A stretch of 46,706 nucleotides of DNA from Catajapyx aquilonaris (GCA_000934665.2 KZ538802.1:1-46706), one strand, 5' to 3'; positions 8,791-22,635 are shown, counted from the first letter of the stretch. Notes: generated by a model from the letters alone, not told the origin. Program-made: numbers and translations.

Positions 8791-10421
8791 GTGCAGTTAT
8801 GGATTTTTCGATCTTGTATACGTGTACGTGGTTCTTCAGGGTGGGCAGAGCAGGGTTGGGGGGGGATATCCTAACATGCGAAGGGCCCAGCACCCCTAGA
8901 ATCAAGAGGACTTCAATAACGATCACTGTCTGGGATTGGCCCCATTTTGCCCCCCCGATACATTTGCGGTTCTCCGAATGCTATTTGAGCCAGGATGGCC
9001 ACTGTTCCCTAATTCGGCGCAAGGAAGACCCCCTCTGTTAATTATACGGCCATTGCCGGCTCCATAAAAAAAACCGCGACCCAGAGTGGAACAGTGTGAA
9101 ATGAGGCCTGGAGTGTGCTAAATTTAAAAATGGTGCAAGGTTAGCGACTTGAGCAGAAGTGGCGAAACAACTCCTCAAGTGGATTAACCCAACATCTGTG
9201 AAGGATTTGCTGATAATTTATTGATAAATGATGGCGAATAGGTGAAGAATTTATTACGATTGTGAATAGTGGTGTTGGTGGAAAATGAGGTGATAACTAT
9301 AATTTTTGTCATTTTTGATCTAAACACCTTAGCAACTATGTAAAAGACATGACAAACAGCTTGGTATGCTCCAAGTTGATGTATCATGCTGTGGCCCCCT
9401 CCGCTAGATCTAAAAACAAAAAAAGGTTGCTCGGTTGTCAGTGCATCACTTGTCGAGTCAGTCAACTCACGGGCCTTCCCCAAGGTATTCTCTACTTCCG
9501 TGTGCTCCTCCAGACTTTTTGATTCATCTCTTTGGATGGACCCACCTCTTGTGTGATATGGAACTTCCAAGGGAACCCGATAAGGCGCCCATAAACAGAG
9601 CTAATGGCCCTCCCTGGAGTCTGGATGAGCCTTCTCGTCATTCCTGGACTCGAGCAGGGAGTGACTCCACGTGTAAGCTTAAGTGGTTACAGGGAGGGGA
9701 GACACACACATACAAAAAATTCAGAGTCGAAACCCGAGGAAAATGTGTAATAGTTGGCCGTACATCTGGAATTTGCAACCAGGTGAAACCACTTTGTGAT
9801 GAACATTTTCCGGAAGAAAAGAAAAGAAAAAATCTTGCGAGTCCTATGTCAACTTTGGAGTGGGAAGACCACAGACTGCAGGATTCTATTCGGCTTCCTA
9901 AATCCGGGTTCCGCTCCGGGCTGGGAAAGGAAGTGGGGTTGTTCCGGATAGTTCGTGTCGTGGGCGGAAGTCTGTTTCCGCCACTTCTCCCCTCGTTGAT
10001 ACCCCCCCTGACCAAACGCTAGCAGCTGGTCAGCGACGACCTCACTTTTTTAAATATTTTACTTTCCACCTCTAACGATAGGCATACTTCCGTTATGGGA
10101 TGCACCTGAAGCGGCCTGTTTGCTCAGAAAGCAATCATTTTTGTCACGCTTACGTAACAGGACGGTGTGTGTTACCAAGTCGATTGACGTATGGCAGGTG
10201 AAGGTCCTGCAGAATAAGTATGTGCGGTTGTTGGAAGTCACATCCTGTCAAGAGAGTTTGATTATACAGTCTGTCTAGACGTCTCCGGGAAATCACTCAA
10301 TTCAAAGTGTACACGTAATCCCCCCAAAAATGTCTACATTTCTCCAGTATGTTCGCTATTCATTTATATTATTTATTTATTTTCCTATTGTGCAAGTGAA
10401 CATTATCGGAAGCCATCTGCT

Positions 10422-10656
10422 AGGGCCTGCCATGAGATATGGCAGGTGCAAATGCACCTTTTATTATCTGACATATTATACGAAGCATACGTAACTCAGA
10501 CGTATAGCTGTAATATCGATGCGTCACACAATGTTGTATATAGTCGATGCATAGATCATGTGGTTGTCATCTGCCATACCTGCGAAATATCGACTCCGAA
10601 TCGATTGGATATTCTGAAATGAAGCTTTTGTTTGTGCTGCAGAAATGGCAAGGCCC
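10422..10656. mobile_element. Possible degenerate MITE
   Basis: GGGCCTGCCAT (10423-10433) versus ATGGCAAGGCCC (10645-10656), plus an inner inverted pair TATGGCAGGTG / CATCTGCCATA. Confidence 0.3.
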
Positions 10657-13600
10657 GGCAAGAGTTCAGGGGCCTTATTATAGAGGGCCTTAATTCGAGG
10701 GTGATTTATTGCGGCGCAAGATTTGCTTCCGCGGGACAATTATGCCCAGTTTCTGGGAGGGTTGTAGTGCTGGGTGGGGAAGGACGGTGCTTAATTTATG
10801 GATAAATTTTGGGATGGGAGGAGGGGGGGGGGGNGAAAAGTGGAGGAATCATTAGGAAAGAGAAGCGGGGGACTCTGATGATGGCGGTCTCTTGTGTCGC
10901 ATCCATCCAGACGCCATTTTCGGCGCTTATGTTAGCAACTGCTCTCATTTTCACTTGCATGTTACGTTCCTGCGGGATTTTTAATGCGGAGGCGTTACAG
11001 CTTTATTTATTTATACGGCGTTTTTTTTACGATGCATGATGTATGAGGGTGTAATGTATGTAGCGTACCTTGAGTCTATAATGGAAGCTGTTGCGTTGAA
11101 TAAATTACGCGAGTCCACGCTAAGGTCGCCGTATTTTTAACAAGTTTACACTTAACGTTATATGGTTTGAAGTACAATTTTGTTGACGAAAAATAATTCG
11201 TCATCCGAAGCTGCATACCTCCTTGAAAAAGCGGAAACAGCTCCCGCAGGCCGAGGGGTGTGTGTGTACCAGCAGTCGGATATTTTGAGCAGAAATTACG
11301 CATTCTGTGTAGAGAAGTAAGTAGGCGGGCGGATTCTTGCTTCCATGCCAACAACCCTGCGGTGGCCAACCCGACCCAGCCAACTAGGTAGGGGGTACTG
11401 ACTGGTATGCTTGCTGGGGTGAGGAAACGAGTCCCGGATCATGAAGAGAGAGAGAAAAAAAGGCATGGGGACAGCAGTGACCTTCCCCTGCTACCTAGCA
11501 ATTCATTCATTCCTTAACAGGGCATCGCATGCATGCAATTTTGGCCCACCACTTCCTGGAGTGTGTGCGATATACACATGATTCAAGCTGACTGATGGAT
11601 GTTGAAAGACTTGGCAGCACCAGCCCCACTTGGTATAATGAATGAAACAGACAGGGCCAGGCCCTTTTTTGGGGCCACTTACAGCACGTGCTGGGTGAAA
11701 GCCAGCAAAACGAAATTGGGCTAATTTGGGGTAATATTGTGGGATCCTCATTAGTGTCGGAGGGAGGCTTACAAAGCTGCGATTGTTTTGACTTTTTGCG
11801 TGTGAGAAAAACCATATCGTGTCGCGGATATACCTGGTACCGGTGTAGCTCCGAATTTTCCATGGTTTTTGTTGAGGTTCAGGGGGGAGGGGGAAGCCGT
11901 AATGAGCTATAGTGTTTATCAGTTGTTTGGTTCAATAGAGTAATTAATCCCCTTTTACATGCATGAATTATGCACTTTTAAAATTTAGTGGGCGTTGAGC
12001 TAGGACGAAGAATTGTGAGTAGTTTCGCTTCCATTTGAAGCAAATGGTGGGTCATCGACCAGTTTGGTAAACAAGGATTTGCTCCTGAAAATTGAATTTT
12101 GTGAGCAGGAAAAGAAAGTTCATTTGCGACTATACGCCATGCCAGTAATCTAATGAAGAGAGGGGTGTGCTTAATTAAGGGTGCATAACTGGCTCTGCTT
12201 GTTAATGGACAGGCAGACATGTGGAGAGGTCGGACATGTCATGTGCAGAAAACGTGCATCAATTCGTGGGGGTTGCGGGGGAGTATAACCCCCTCAAACT
12301 GGACCAGGGAAAAGTGCTTCAGGCTTGAATGGGGATTTCGACAGAAAACCACATTTTTTTTATTGGGTTAAAGGGACTTCTTAGGGTTGCAACATGAAAG
12401 AGATGCTCAATGAAGCAGCAGCAGCCCTTGAAGAAGCCAATTTTTTGTGTGGGGAGAGCTGCTGGCTGCGTGATCAACTTGGCATTCTTCAGGAACAGCG
12501 CGTTTACCTTGTTGGATATAAAAAGAGAGAAAGAAGTCAGACCTTTCATTACCGCGTGTTTTCCTAAAGAGAGGAAATGATTTGCGTCGGATTTGATGGA
12601 ATTTTAGGAGAAAACCGTGTCCAAAGGCTAGACCAAATTTCTCCCACGATGCTGTAGCCAGGAAACCGTACCGCATATTTTGACTGTGTGGACCTTGTGG
12701 TGGTTAAAACAGGCATTTTGGCACCTCAGGGCACTCTTGTCTTCGCCAAACGGATACGAACATGTACAGTACAGTACGTGTGTGGACAATGAGGTTTAAA
12801 AAATTTGGTTCGAAATTGGTACGTTTTGTTGGTGTCATGTACATTTTTAAAAATTATTTTACAACTGCGGAATATGAAAGAGGCAACAGGGCCTGAAAAT
12901 AAAAACATCCCTGTAGCGTGTTGTATGCTTTACGTTTTCGTGCTTATTTACAGCCTCCGTGCGACTGAGTGTGTCAGTAAAAGCTTCACAGAAAAGATAT
13001 GTTAGTGGGTGCTGATGTGTGCATGTAATGTGACAAAAAGGATTCCGAGATAAAAATTGCATGACGGGAAATCGATGGGTATATAGCGGTTTTTTTAAAA
13101 AAAGGGTACGTGTGTTTGAACTTGGAGTGGCCATTTTTTATGTCGGCTGTCATATAGCTGGAGGTAAATGTCCTTTGTAGGGAGCCTATAAAGCTAGGGC
13201 GAAATAAGGCAGCGCGTTTTATAAGTGTTGAGTCGTCGCCCACGTGGCAGGTGATGATGACCTCGCTTGGCCAGTTTCTCTACATTTTTTTTAACCTTCT
13301 TTCTTTCTCAAAGCCCTGTGTCTACCTCACATGAAACAGGCCGTCAGATATGGGCCTGGAAGAAGGACGTGACGTAGTTGTTCTCGGCAATTTTGACCAT
13401 TAGCAGCCACATTTTTTTGTCAAGAGACTCGAGTTAGTCATATACCAGTTGACTTCCGGTTTACGTAACTCACTACACATCGATCGACATTTTTAAAAAA
13501 GATATATTTTAATTCGATACATTTTACTACCTGCTGGGTTAGCACCCTAGGCACGCCCTTATTGCCCAAAATTGCAGCAGGTTGCTACCTACCTGGATGA

Positions 13601-16600
13601 CCCTGAATAACCGTTGCTTACCACACAAGCTGACCGTTGGGGAGATGGGACGCCTGGAATGCTATACGCACTTTTAGCAAAAAATTACAAGGGGTGAGGA
13701 AGGCGTGTACCTGGTGGTTGAGGATGAACTGAGCCACTGAGGATTAATTGGTTTCTTTCTGATTTAAAAATGGGAAGGGCATACTTCACCCATTCGGCCC
13801 AACGGACCCCTAATGACGCTTGATACGGAGGTGGCCAATCAATGGATCCGACCCCAGGATGTAACCGATTGAGATCTGGCTGCTACATTCCTGTACACAA
13901 GAGGATAGCGTGGAAAATAGCTAGCCCTCCCCAATATTTTACCTATATAGTTCGTAAAACGCCAGGAAAACAAGGTGCTTGCGGTCTGGCACACACAGCA
14001 GAGTACTGGAGAAATTAGAGGTTCATGGCCGGTGGGCACTCTGAAGTCAGCCAGCAAATTAGACAAAACGGATTTTGGCATGTGGAAAGTTATTTTCACG
14101 CAGTAGCACCGACAGTAATATTTTACTGGGAGAAGTTCCACGAGGGGTGAAGTGAGAGAAACTGCTAACTTGCTGATGTTGAACAATCTTGAACTGAGGC
14201 ACTGCATATATGCATGAGATGAACTAGACGTCTGGAGATATATAATCAGGAGCCGATGTCCGAGTGGGGGTCCCATCTCATGACGTCATCCGGCTAAATC
14301 CCGCTCGATTACCTGTTTGTCACGTACTGATAGGCTGGGAAACAACAGGTGAGTGAAGTGACCTGTCCTGATGAAAGAGCCTCACCTGAGCCCGTTATGT
14401 TGACCCTGCCCCACTAATTTTCCGCCGAAATTTCGCGGCGTCGAGTTTCTCCCCAGCCAGCTTATTAATCTGCGGCTAACTGTTTTTTGGTGGGAATTGA
14501 ATATCGTAAAACCCAGCAGTACACAAGGTTGCGTGTTTTGAGGGAGACACGAATGAATATGTGTCAGTAAGCGAGATAAACCCGGAGGTGCAAGACTTCC
14601 TGGCTGTCTTATTCTTGAAAGATATTGACATGGGCAATGTGTTGATGGAATCCCTGGAATGCGAAGAAATTATCCAAGGGCGAAAATTGAACGGAACTAT
14701 TTCTTCCTGGTTCCGGGCCTGGTGCTGGATATGCATGATTCGGAGCAGTAGACCACTTAGCTGCCGGTTTTCTCTCGGACGGAAGGAAACCGCGGATGTA
14801 TAAATTATTAACGTAGAGAGGTGTGGAAAAGTCAAAACCCTCGGCCGCCTCCTTTGCTACTACTGGGAATTCGGCTGGCTCGAGTTCCCTAGAGTGTGAC
14901 CTGCAAGTAGGACTCGGTGAAAGCTGGATCTTAACTTAATTTTCCAGCCCAGATCTGTATAAGTTGGGATGCAATCACGTCATGACGGCGAAACGAGGCA
15001 GGCAGGATGCAAATGGGTTTGCCACCATCTTCCACCGACGGAAAAGAATTGCATTACATCAAACGTGGTCCGGAAATGAAATGTCATTTTTTGGAGGGTA
15101 TGGAAGGTGGCGAATCTTGGATTCCAGGTGGGAATCAGAAGAATCCTATAAGGATTTCCCTGGGATTTTCCAGAAGATTCAGCACTCACAGTAGTCAGAA
15201 AGTGGGTTAGGTAGCCCGGTCATACAGATAAACTCTTTTCTTTATGAGTACGTACCTTATATGTAGAGATTTACAGAGTGTGCGTGCCATATTTTTTCGA
15301 TGCAGCGTTTTCGTCCTAATGGTCATACGACTTGACCCCGAAACAGCTGATGCGTGTGATTGAACCAAGGGGTGGTGTTATCTATGTCGCACACATGTCA
15401 CGCATCCGCTTTGTTCCCACAATTCCAAACATCCGCGCTGATGACTCAGTAACATGTATCCTTGTTTATTCATCTTGCGCCGACTGGATTATTTACGCCG
15501 AGTTATGGCGTTATTATGTCAGTCACGTGGGTGTAATGGGAAGGAACTAATGCTAACAAGAGTTCAACTGCAGGGTTTCGTGTACCGGAGGACTTTAAAA
15601 AAATTATATTAATAATGAAGCGGAGCCCTTTCTTGGCAACGTGTTGAGACTGCTACAAGGATGACTGGAGAATTATCTCGTGCAAGTGCACTAAGGGGGA
15701 AGACATGCGCAATCAAGTGAAATTGGAGTTAAAGTGGATGATGGAACTTTTAGGCGAGTAGGAGGAAAAGAGTCATCAAAACTTGGGCCTATACAGGGTG
15801 TCCCGCTGTCCCAGTCCTTTTAAATCAAGAATGGGAGCAGAGAAAGAATAGGTATGGATTGTTCAACACTACCAACCAGAGACGGAAGCAATAATCAGGG
15901 CCACTTCCTTTTAAACTGATTGCTGGGATAAACAACCCCCCCTGTCATCCTTTTGAATTGAGAGTATTGGGCAGTGCAGCATCCTGTACAATGACAGGAG
16001 GGGCTGGAGGGATACATGCTGCGTCTTGTCGTAAACCTTTTTGGTCTTATGCATATGTTTTACGGCTGGTTGAATGGGCACACAAGTTGGTCACAGAGCG
16101 GGGCCAAATTGGACAGATGTGCAAGGGAAATGTATCATTTCGGGCGGGCGAGAAAAGCAAAAGGGCGCACAAAAGGATAAAGGAGGACTGTAAGCATATT
16201 GTTCCTGGGGCTCAACCCACACTAGGCAGTTTCTACTGCACAGCTTACAACAAAGACTGGATATAGCAACCGACAACTGGACTCTCACGCCTGACCTGCC
16301 ACGTGACACTGGATTATGGCACTGCAGTGCGTGCGAATCAAAACGGCAACATATGAATTAAACTGTGCGAAATTCTCTGCCTATATAAAGTCACGTAAAT
16401 GCTGTGTATGTCCAATACTGCAATTAATGCATTTTAGTAATTCATAAGTTCGGTTTCTTGTGTGGCAAATTTCTTTTAAAGCTACACGAATTGTTTCAGA
16501 TTTGCATTTACAGAAAAGGGTGCAATATTATCGCATGCAATTTAAATTAATTATATCTATGATGGCACATAATTACACATAATGATGTTTGCGAAAGTAC

Positions 16601-18910
16601 TTTCTGTGCGATAAGATTTTTAAACGATGAGACCAGCCGTACAAATAGACCTTAATTGAAACGCACGAATCCAGAAAGCTGCAGTTTGGCACGCAATCGT
16701 TAACTGGTAATTATACATGCGCTGGAAACTTTAAGAGGTCCTTGAGCATGTTAGATTTATTTAGATTGCGGTTTTGGAAAAAGAAGAAGAAGAAAAAAAA
16801 GAGTGGAGGGATACGCGAAGTAATTGCTGCTCTCCTGGAACAAAACAAAGTTTTGGAGACCGCGAATTTTGATCCGGCACGCACCGTACGCAAAATAGAA
16901 GCTTCGGAGGGAAAATTTCATTACGCATTAATCGAGTTGTCGAGAGAGGGGACTGACGATTGGGATCTTTCCACCTTGATTGCATTCCGTTTTCTGCCCA
17001 GGGGCCTAATGGAAAGCGCTCCAATTGGGTAGGGGTGGAAGAAGAGGGGGAGGCAATGCACGGAATGCGTGCTTGTCTAATAACCGCAAATGAATAGGGA
17101 TAAACTTGTCCCTTGCACATATGCGTGATGCACCATCTTGCATGTGTAGCATGGTTGGTACGGGTTGCGTTTGAGAAGTGGTACTGCATGTTCCCCTCCA
17201 CCTACCGGACCCCTAGGGGAGCTTTTCTCACGGGCTTCTGTTGGTGGCCTGGCTTTCACTCGATGGCCATATGGTAAAAAACAGGCATGTTTCGCCGAAA
17301 TCCGCCAATCCATCATCGGTGGGAATGAACGATCGGTATATTATCAGTTCTGACGAATTCTGAGTCTCACTTATGTATTGTACGGCATTGTTTTGAAGTT
17401 TGTTTGTTTTTGCTGTAGCAAAAAAATAAATCATCTTCTAATGCTCTTGTGATGATTTTAGCAACAAAAAAGCATGAGAAGAGCATTAAGAATTGATGGG
17501 AGATGATGCTCTGTTATAGCGGTTTACAGTGTATGTGAGAAATATGGTACTACATTCACAGTTGGAAACAAAGCAGCCATGCGTACTTAACGGCCATTTA
17601 AATGCGGCTTGTTAAAGTGCGCTTCTAAATTAGTCAGTCGTTAAACTGAAGTGCCAGAGAAGAACGGATTTGAGCGGCTTTGGAGGGTATTTGAGAGGAT
17701 TTTACTTTATGTCTAGTTATTTTTACAGCGTTTAAGCTATGGAATGGTCCATTGTAGACAGGTTTCACTGCATTTTTTATCAAGTTCATTCGCGGATTTA
17801 CATGTAGTACATTAACCCCCTTGCGGTACGGAGCTTCTGTGACGCATCCTGAGATTCGCGTGCAATTTCCTGGATCCCCTGCGTAAGGTGAAGCAGTTAC
17901 TCAGTGCTTTAATAGGGTCGTCCCCATAAGAAAGGCCGAGTGCAACTGTAGCTTGCTCAAATGTGCAACGAGGTTAATCCCAGTGCAGCTCTCTGTGAAT
18001 AGGATCGGATTTTATGGGGGGAGGTGGAGAAGAGGACATTGAATTTTGCATAAGGTGTCTCACCGGGTTGCGCATTGGGTATGCAGTGCTAACCTGGTAG
18101 TTGCACACTGTTTAGGAAGGTGTCCAGATTTTGTTTCAAAGTGTGCAGCGTGTTGAGGAAGAGAATAATGGGCTTGTGATTGGGTCGTTCACCTAATTGC
18201 AAACCCACGCTGACTGCCCTGCATTCGATAGATTTTCTTGGGAATTGGATCGGTGGTGGATGCTGACAATGGGCCAGGATTAAGACGGTTTTGGAGGAAG
18301 CGGGGCAGAAAGGTGTCAATAGGTTCACTTGGCCACGCAATCATCGACCGGGAATGTTGGCCATAGGTTCACGTGGGGAAGCTGGGATTTCAGCCGGTCT
18401 CATTCCCATGTGTTTCCGCGAGAAATTTAATTCCGCCAGCTCCCCGACAATTTCCCCCCGAGTGGTCCAATCCAGTTCGAAATATGATCCCACCGTTACT
18501 GACCCTCTGATTTTATTTTTAATTGACAAAAAAATGAAATTAATGCAGGTTGTCAGCATATACGCATGGCCAACAGCTAATAAGGTTATCGATATTAGTA
18601 ATTTGATATACTACATTAACGCTGGTAGTAATGGGCCAGGTTTTTCTTGTCAGGAATAAATCACATCAGGACTAGTTTTTTTTTTTTTTTAAGTGTTGGC
18701 TAGGGAGGAAGGGGGGTCGAGTTTTGCGCGGGAAAAAGATATTATGCGAAGTAAGTGTATCCGGTGTGACCATAGAGTATTCCCGCGCCTCCCACTTCAT
18801 GAATGGCGTGCCCATCTTTTCCTCATCGGATTTTTTGGAGAGGGTGAACGGGGGGGAAGGGAAGTGTAATTATTCACCATGTATTCATCCAATCCTGTCT
18901 TTTGTTGCAG

Positions 18911-19177
18911 GTGAAACCCCTTGCAAAGAGATGCGACGGTAAGCCGTATACAGCAGCAGTGTCGCACAAGAGCAACCTAGCGTGTCTCCAGATGGAAGAA
19001 GGATTTATTCGGTGCACTTGAAAAAGTGGAATAAGTTAGTGCAGTTGTAGTGCAAAAATCTATACGTGACATGTGTGTCGAGTGCGGTGTTGTTGTCTGG
19101 TTTTGCCAAGTAGTGCTGGTCACTTTGGGAAGCAGCTGATGGCTCGCGTCAAGATGAAAAGGTAGTGCGTCCAGAGT
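18911..19177 (+). other. 5' UTR portion of the first coding exon of RAPGEF2/6 (possible 53-nt intron 18939-18991)
   Basis: Acceptor tcttttgttgcag ends at 18910. An internal GTAAGC...tctccAG pair lies at 18939-18991. An in-frame TAG at 19163-19165 precedes ATG 19178. Confidence 0.5.
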
Positions 19178-19261
19178 ATGATCGCCAGGATGATGACTGA
19201 ATATTTGGAGCAGCAGTTTATCCGGGCTCTCAGGAAGGATCCGGATCGAAGGACCAGAGAT
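19178..19261 (+). CDS. RAPGEF2: Rap guanine nucleotide exchange factor 2/6 (PDZ-GEF) coding exon 1
   Basis: MIARMMTEYLEQQFIRALRKDPDRRTRD followed by a GTAAGT donor, phase 0. It resembles the PDZ-GEF N-terminus (arthropod-type MTEYLxxxFxRALxxxPxRRT). The true start could be ATG 19178, 19190 or 19193. Confidence 0.85.
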
Positions 19262-19358
19262 GTAAGTCCCGCCATTTGATTAAATTGTTAATACAAGTTT
19301 CAGCACACTCAGTAGTCTGGAAGTGAGTTTGGTAGCTGTTACATACATATGTACAAAC

Positions 19359-19359
<1 letters not shown>

Positions 19360-19420
<61 letters not shown>
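19360..19420 (+). repeat. (TTA)~20 microsatellite
   Basis: Perfect trinucleotide run ~100 nt downstream of the donor at 19262. Confidence 0.98.
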
Positions 19421-21321
19421 GTTCAGATATGACTTAGAGTCTGACGTCATCCCATCGGGACGATACGGTCTGTCACGATGCCATCGACCCCACCCTACCC
19501 CCTGTCAGGGTGACTTACTATAATGATGATGGCCTCTTTGTATGGTGAAAGTTGCCTAATAAGTGATGATAATCCTGGAAATCGTGGCCTGCAGATATGG
19601 CAGAATGGAATGACACCACTTATGCACGCTCCAGTTGAGAGTGTTTAAGCGTCGTTTACTGGGGAGCATTATTGGACATTAGTTAGGATAAGAGGACAGT
19701 CCTGCCAGGGGACACACAATGAATGGAGTGTTTTGTCCCATAAGAGGAGGTGTGCGCAGAGGCGTTTTGTATGTGAAGGAAAAAATAGTGGACTTATTGG
19801 GGCAATCATGTTGGTAATGATCGATGCATTTGGAGGTGTAGCCACATGATCAGGTGGAAGGCAGGTGTTTGATCGGGCTCGTTTTCAACCTTGGCTATAA
19901 TACCACTGGCTTCCCCAATGGCCAAGTGAGGGTGTAACCTGGTTGGCCCACGCCATCTCTCTCTAACGGACAATCGGCCAAATAATGTCTTCAAGGTTGA
20001 GCTGGAACCTTGAGGGCTGGCTTCCCACCTTGGGGCAGATCCTCGTTACACCAATAAAAAAAAAAAGAAATCAGACCGCCAGTAACGTATTTTTGTGCTG
20101 ACCAACAGACCATATCAGTCTGTTGAGTGTGAGGGGGATGAAAAATGAAATATTGGCTGTCATAATTTTCACAATTTCCTGAGCAATTTCCGAGTTTCAT
20201 GCAGCAGTTATTTTTGAACAGTTAATTAGCTATTTATTGGGACACATTTGTTTAAAATAATAATGTCTTTGAATGGGACGATTCTTGTGGACTGTGGAGC
20301 CACCTCACTAGCTATAGCAAAACTTTCATTTGTATTCTGTTTTGTGCTCAGGTTTTGCGAGAGGGAAAGGTTACGAAAGTTGGTTCTTTACATAGGTTTT
20401 TACATTACTTGGACACCTCGGGAATAAAAAAAAAGTTTAAATTTCATCCGCGGGGATTATTCTGCAGACTGTTTTGATGATCTCATTTGTGAGTCAACTA
20501 CACTTCACAATTTAACAACACGGTTCTTACGAGTATATGGCTTGCCAAACATCCGGTAACATGCAAACAGTTGTTGCAGAAATGCACGTCCTTACAGTGC
20601 AAAGGTGATGCCAAGCTGGTTACGCATCACTTATGACGTCTTGCTTAAACATGATGTGATGCGAACCCTTACAAAAGGCCGTTATTTTAGTCTTCAAGGT
20701 TTAGCCAGTTGCGCTTTTTGAGCTATTACGGGTTTTTTTTTATATCACTGATCTTCCTTAAGTTATAAATTTTTATGCTCCGTTGCATGTAAGGGCCATT
20801 CCTTGTGAACTTTTGGGCAGACTTAATAACGCCTCTCATGGGGGAGAAAGTAGCACAACTGGCGGGAATTCCCACGCTTTCAAAAAAAAATGTTCATAGA
20901 TGGAGAGCTACAACGATTGCAATTTTTTTTAATGCAAAAATTTTCGAATAGGGCCGATTTGTGTTTCGTAACATGCCTGCGGTTTGACTTGCATAATGAA
21001 GCTGGGTGTCAGATGAGCATATTCATATAGGGGGCGTGGGTCGTCATCAGTGCCCTATTGTCACGTAATGGGCTCCATCATTTGAGACCCATCCGTTTTC
21101 AAATCGATAAAATATATTTCGGAAGTATTGCGGGGGTAGTTGTGCCGCAGGGTGGTCGCAGACTCGGTTGGAATTAATTCCGCGAGATTGTTAAGTTAAG
21201 AAGAAAGTTAAGGTGTTTGCGGGAAATGTGCGCGATGTAATTAAGTATAAAGTTTTACTTCCAGCCAGCGGTAGACTTTCTCGTGGATGTCAGAATTCCT
21301 TTGTTCTTGATATTTTTTGCA

Positions 21322-21730
21322 GGGCCATTAATTACGAGTGTAAGTGACTAACAAAGGTTAGGCTTACAGTGTGGCCAGCAGTGTCCGTTTAAGGCAGATT
21401 TTTTTGTTGCACTAATCTAATAGACTAACTAACTAATTAATATTTGCCGAGGTTATTAGCTGGAATAGCACCCGTCTACAGAACTGTAGCCTGCAAAAAA
21501 TTGAGCCATCTTTTGCAGGCTACAGTTCTGTATAAGGGTGCGTCTATTCCAGCTAATAACCTCGGCAAATATTAATATTAGTTAGTTATTACACCAGTGC
21601 AACAAAAAAAATCTGCCTGAAACGGGCACTGCTGGCCACACTGTAAGCCTAACCTTTGTTAGTCACTCAGGCATGTGGTCAAAATATCCGGAATGTGGGT
21701 CATTTCGCAGTTTATTGCAATTAATGGCCT
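21322..21730. mobile_element. Long palindromic (foldback) MITE
   Basis: Arms 21343-~21500 and ~21510-21667 are highly similar reverse complements (AGTGACTAACAAAGGTTAGGCTTACAGTGTGGCCAGCAGTG... / ...CACTGCTGGCCACACTGTAAGCCTAACCTTTGTTAGTCACT). An outer pair GGCCATTAATT / AATTAATGGCC lies at ~21323 and ~21729. Confidence 0.8.
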
Positions 21731-22350
21731 GAATGTTTGCTCTGACTCAGCCGAGTATTAGGATTTAGGAGCTAATATTTTCGACAGGCCCTAAAAGTAA
21801 CTGCCTATAATAATAAGCAGCATCTTAGAATAATAAATAGCTGACATTTCATTTGGAATATGGGACCTATATTCTGCCCTCTGCAACAAGAAGTTGAAGG
21901 ACGTTTTGTAAGGTCGTTGTACAGGATAATAACTCTGTAGTACAGGAAGTCATAGATGTACACGTCGGGGATTACTTATGACATACAACTGTACATATTT
22001 TAAAATAATGAACCATTTACTTACCCTATACATGATGTTCAGAGCAGACCTATTACTTTATTTCAAGGGTGTTAGTGGCACAACCCATTTTGGAAAAGGG
22101 CGACTGATTGATTTGCTCGTTGCACTGGGGTTTTACATCGGAAGCTTCCATGCAGAAAGTTGCGGAAAATGTTTATCATAAGTTAGTTTTCGCCAGACGG
22201 GCAAGGTCTGGGCCGGAGACTGGAAAATGGCATTGGCAAACGTTATCAAATAGATCCAATCGAAGGTCTGCGCTAAATTTGGCTACAAAATAACTTCCAG
22301 GTGCATATTAATCATATCGACTCATAGTCATAGCACTATAGGTATCAGGT

Positions 22351-22635
22351 CAGTGCTTCCCATTTTCGTTTGCGAGCCCCAAAAAATCGTCTCGTAAAAT
22401 TCGCGACCCCCCCCCCCCCAGACGTGCACACATCCNAGAATGTGCACATTTTGATCCCCCAACATGAAAAGGCAGGTAAACGGTGAAAGTATGAAAATCA
22501 TTGATAAATATTGTCCAGTATCTGAATTGTTATGTAACTTACCTTATGGGCATAATATTTTCAATCGAGATATAGAATCATTTTGTGAAAATAATTTGTT
22601 ACCCGCTCTCGCGACCCGCAGTTTGGGAAGTACTG
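22351..22635. mobile_element. Non-autonomous hAT (Charlie-like) element
   Basis: TIRs CAGTGCTTCCCA / TGGGAAGTACTG (11/12). The flanking 8-mers TATCAGGT and CATAAGGT (6/8) fit an old 8-bp TSD. Subterminal TCGCGACCC motifs occur twice. Confidence 0.7.

Noticed and set aside
13951..14106. DFG-like KTDFGM as a missing piece of the kinase relic
   Set aside because: No upstream HRD-like or downstream APE-like motif, and it is out of order relative to 7.9-8.8 kb.
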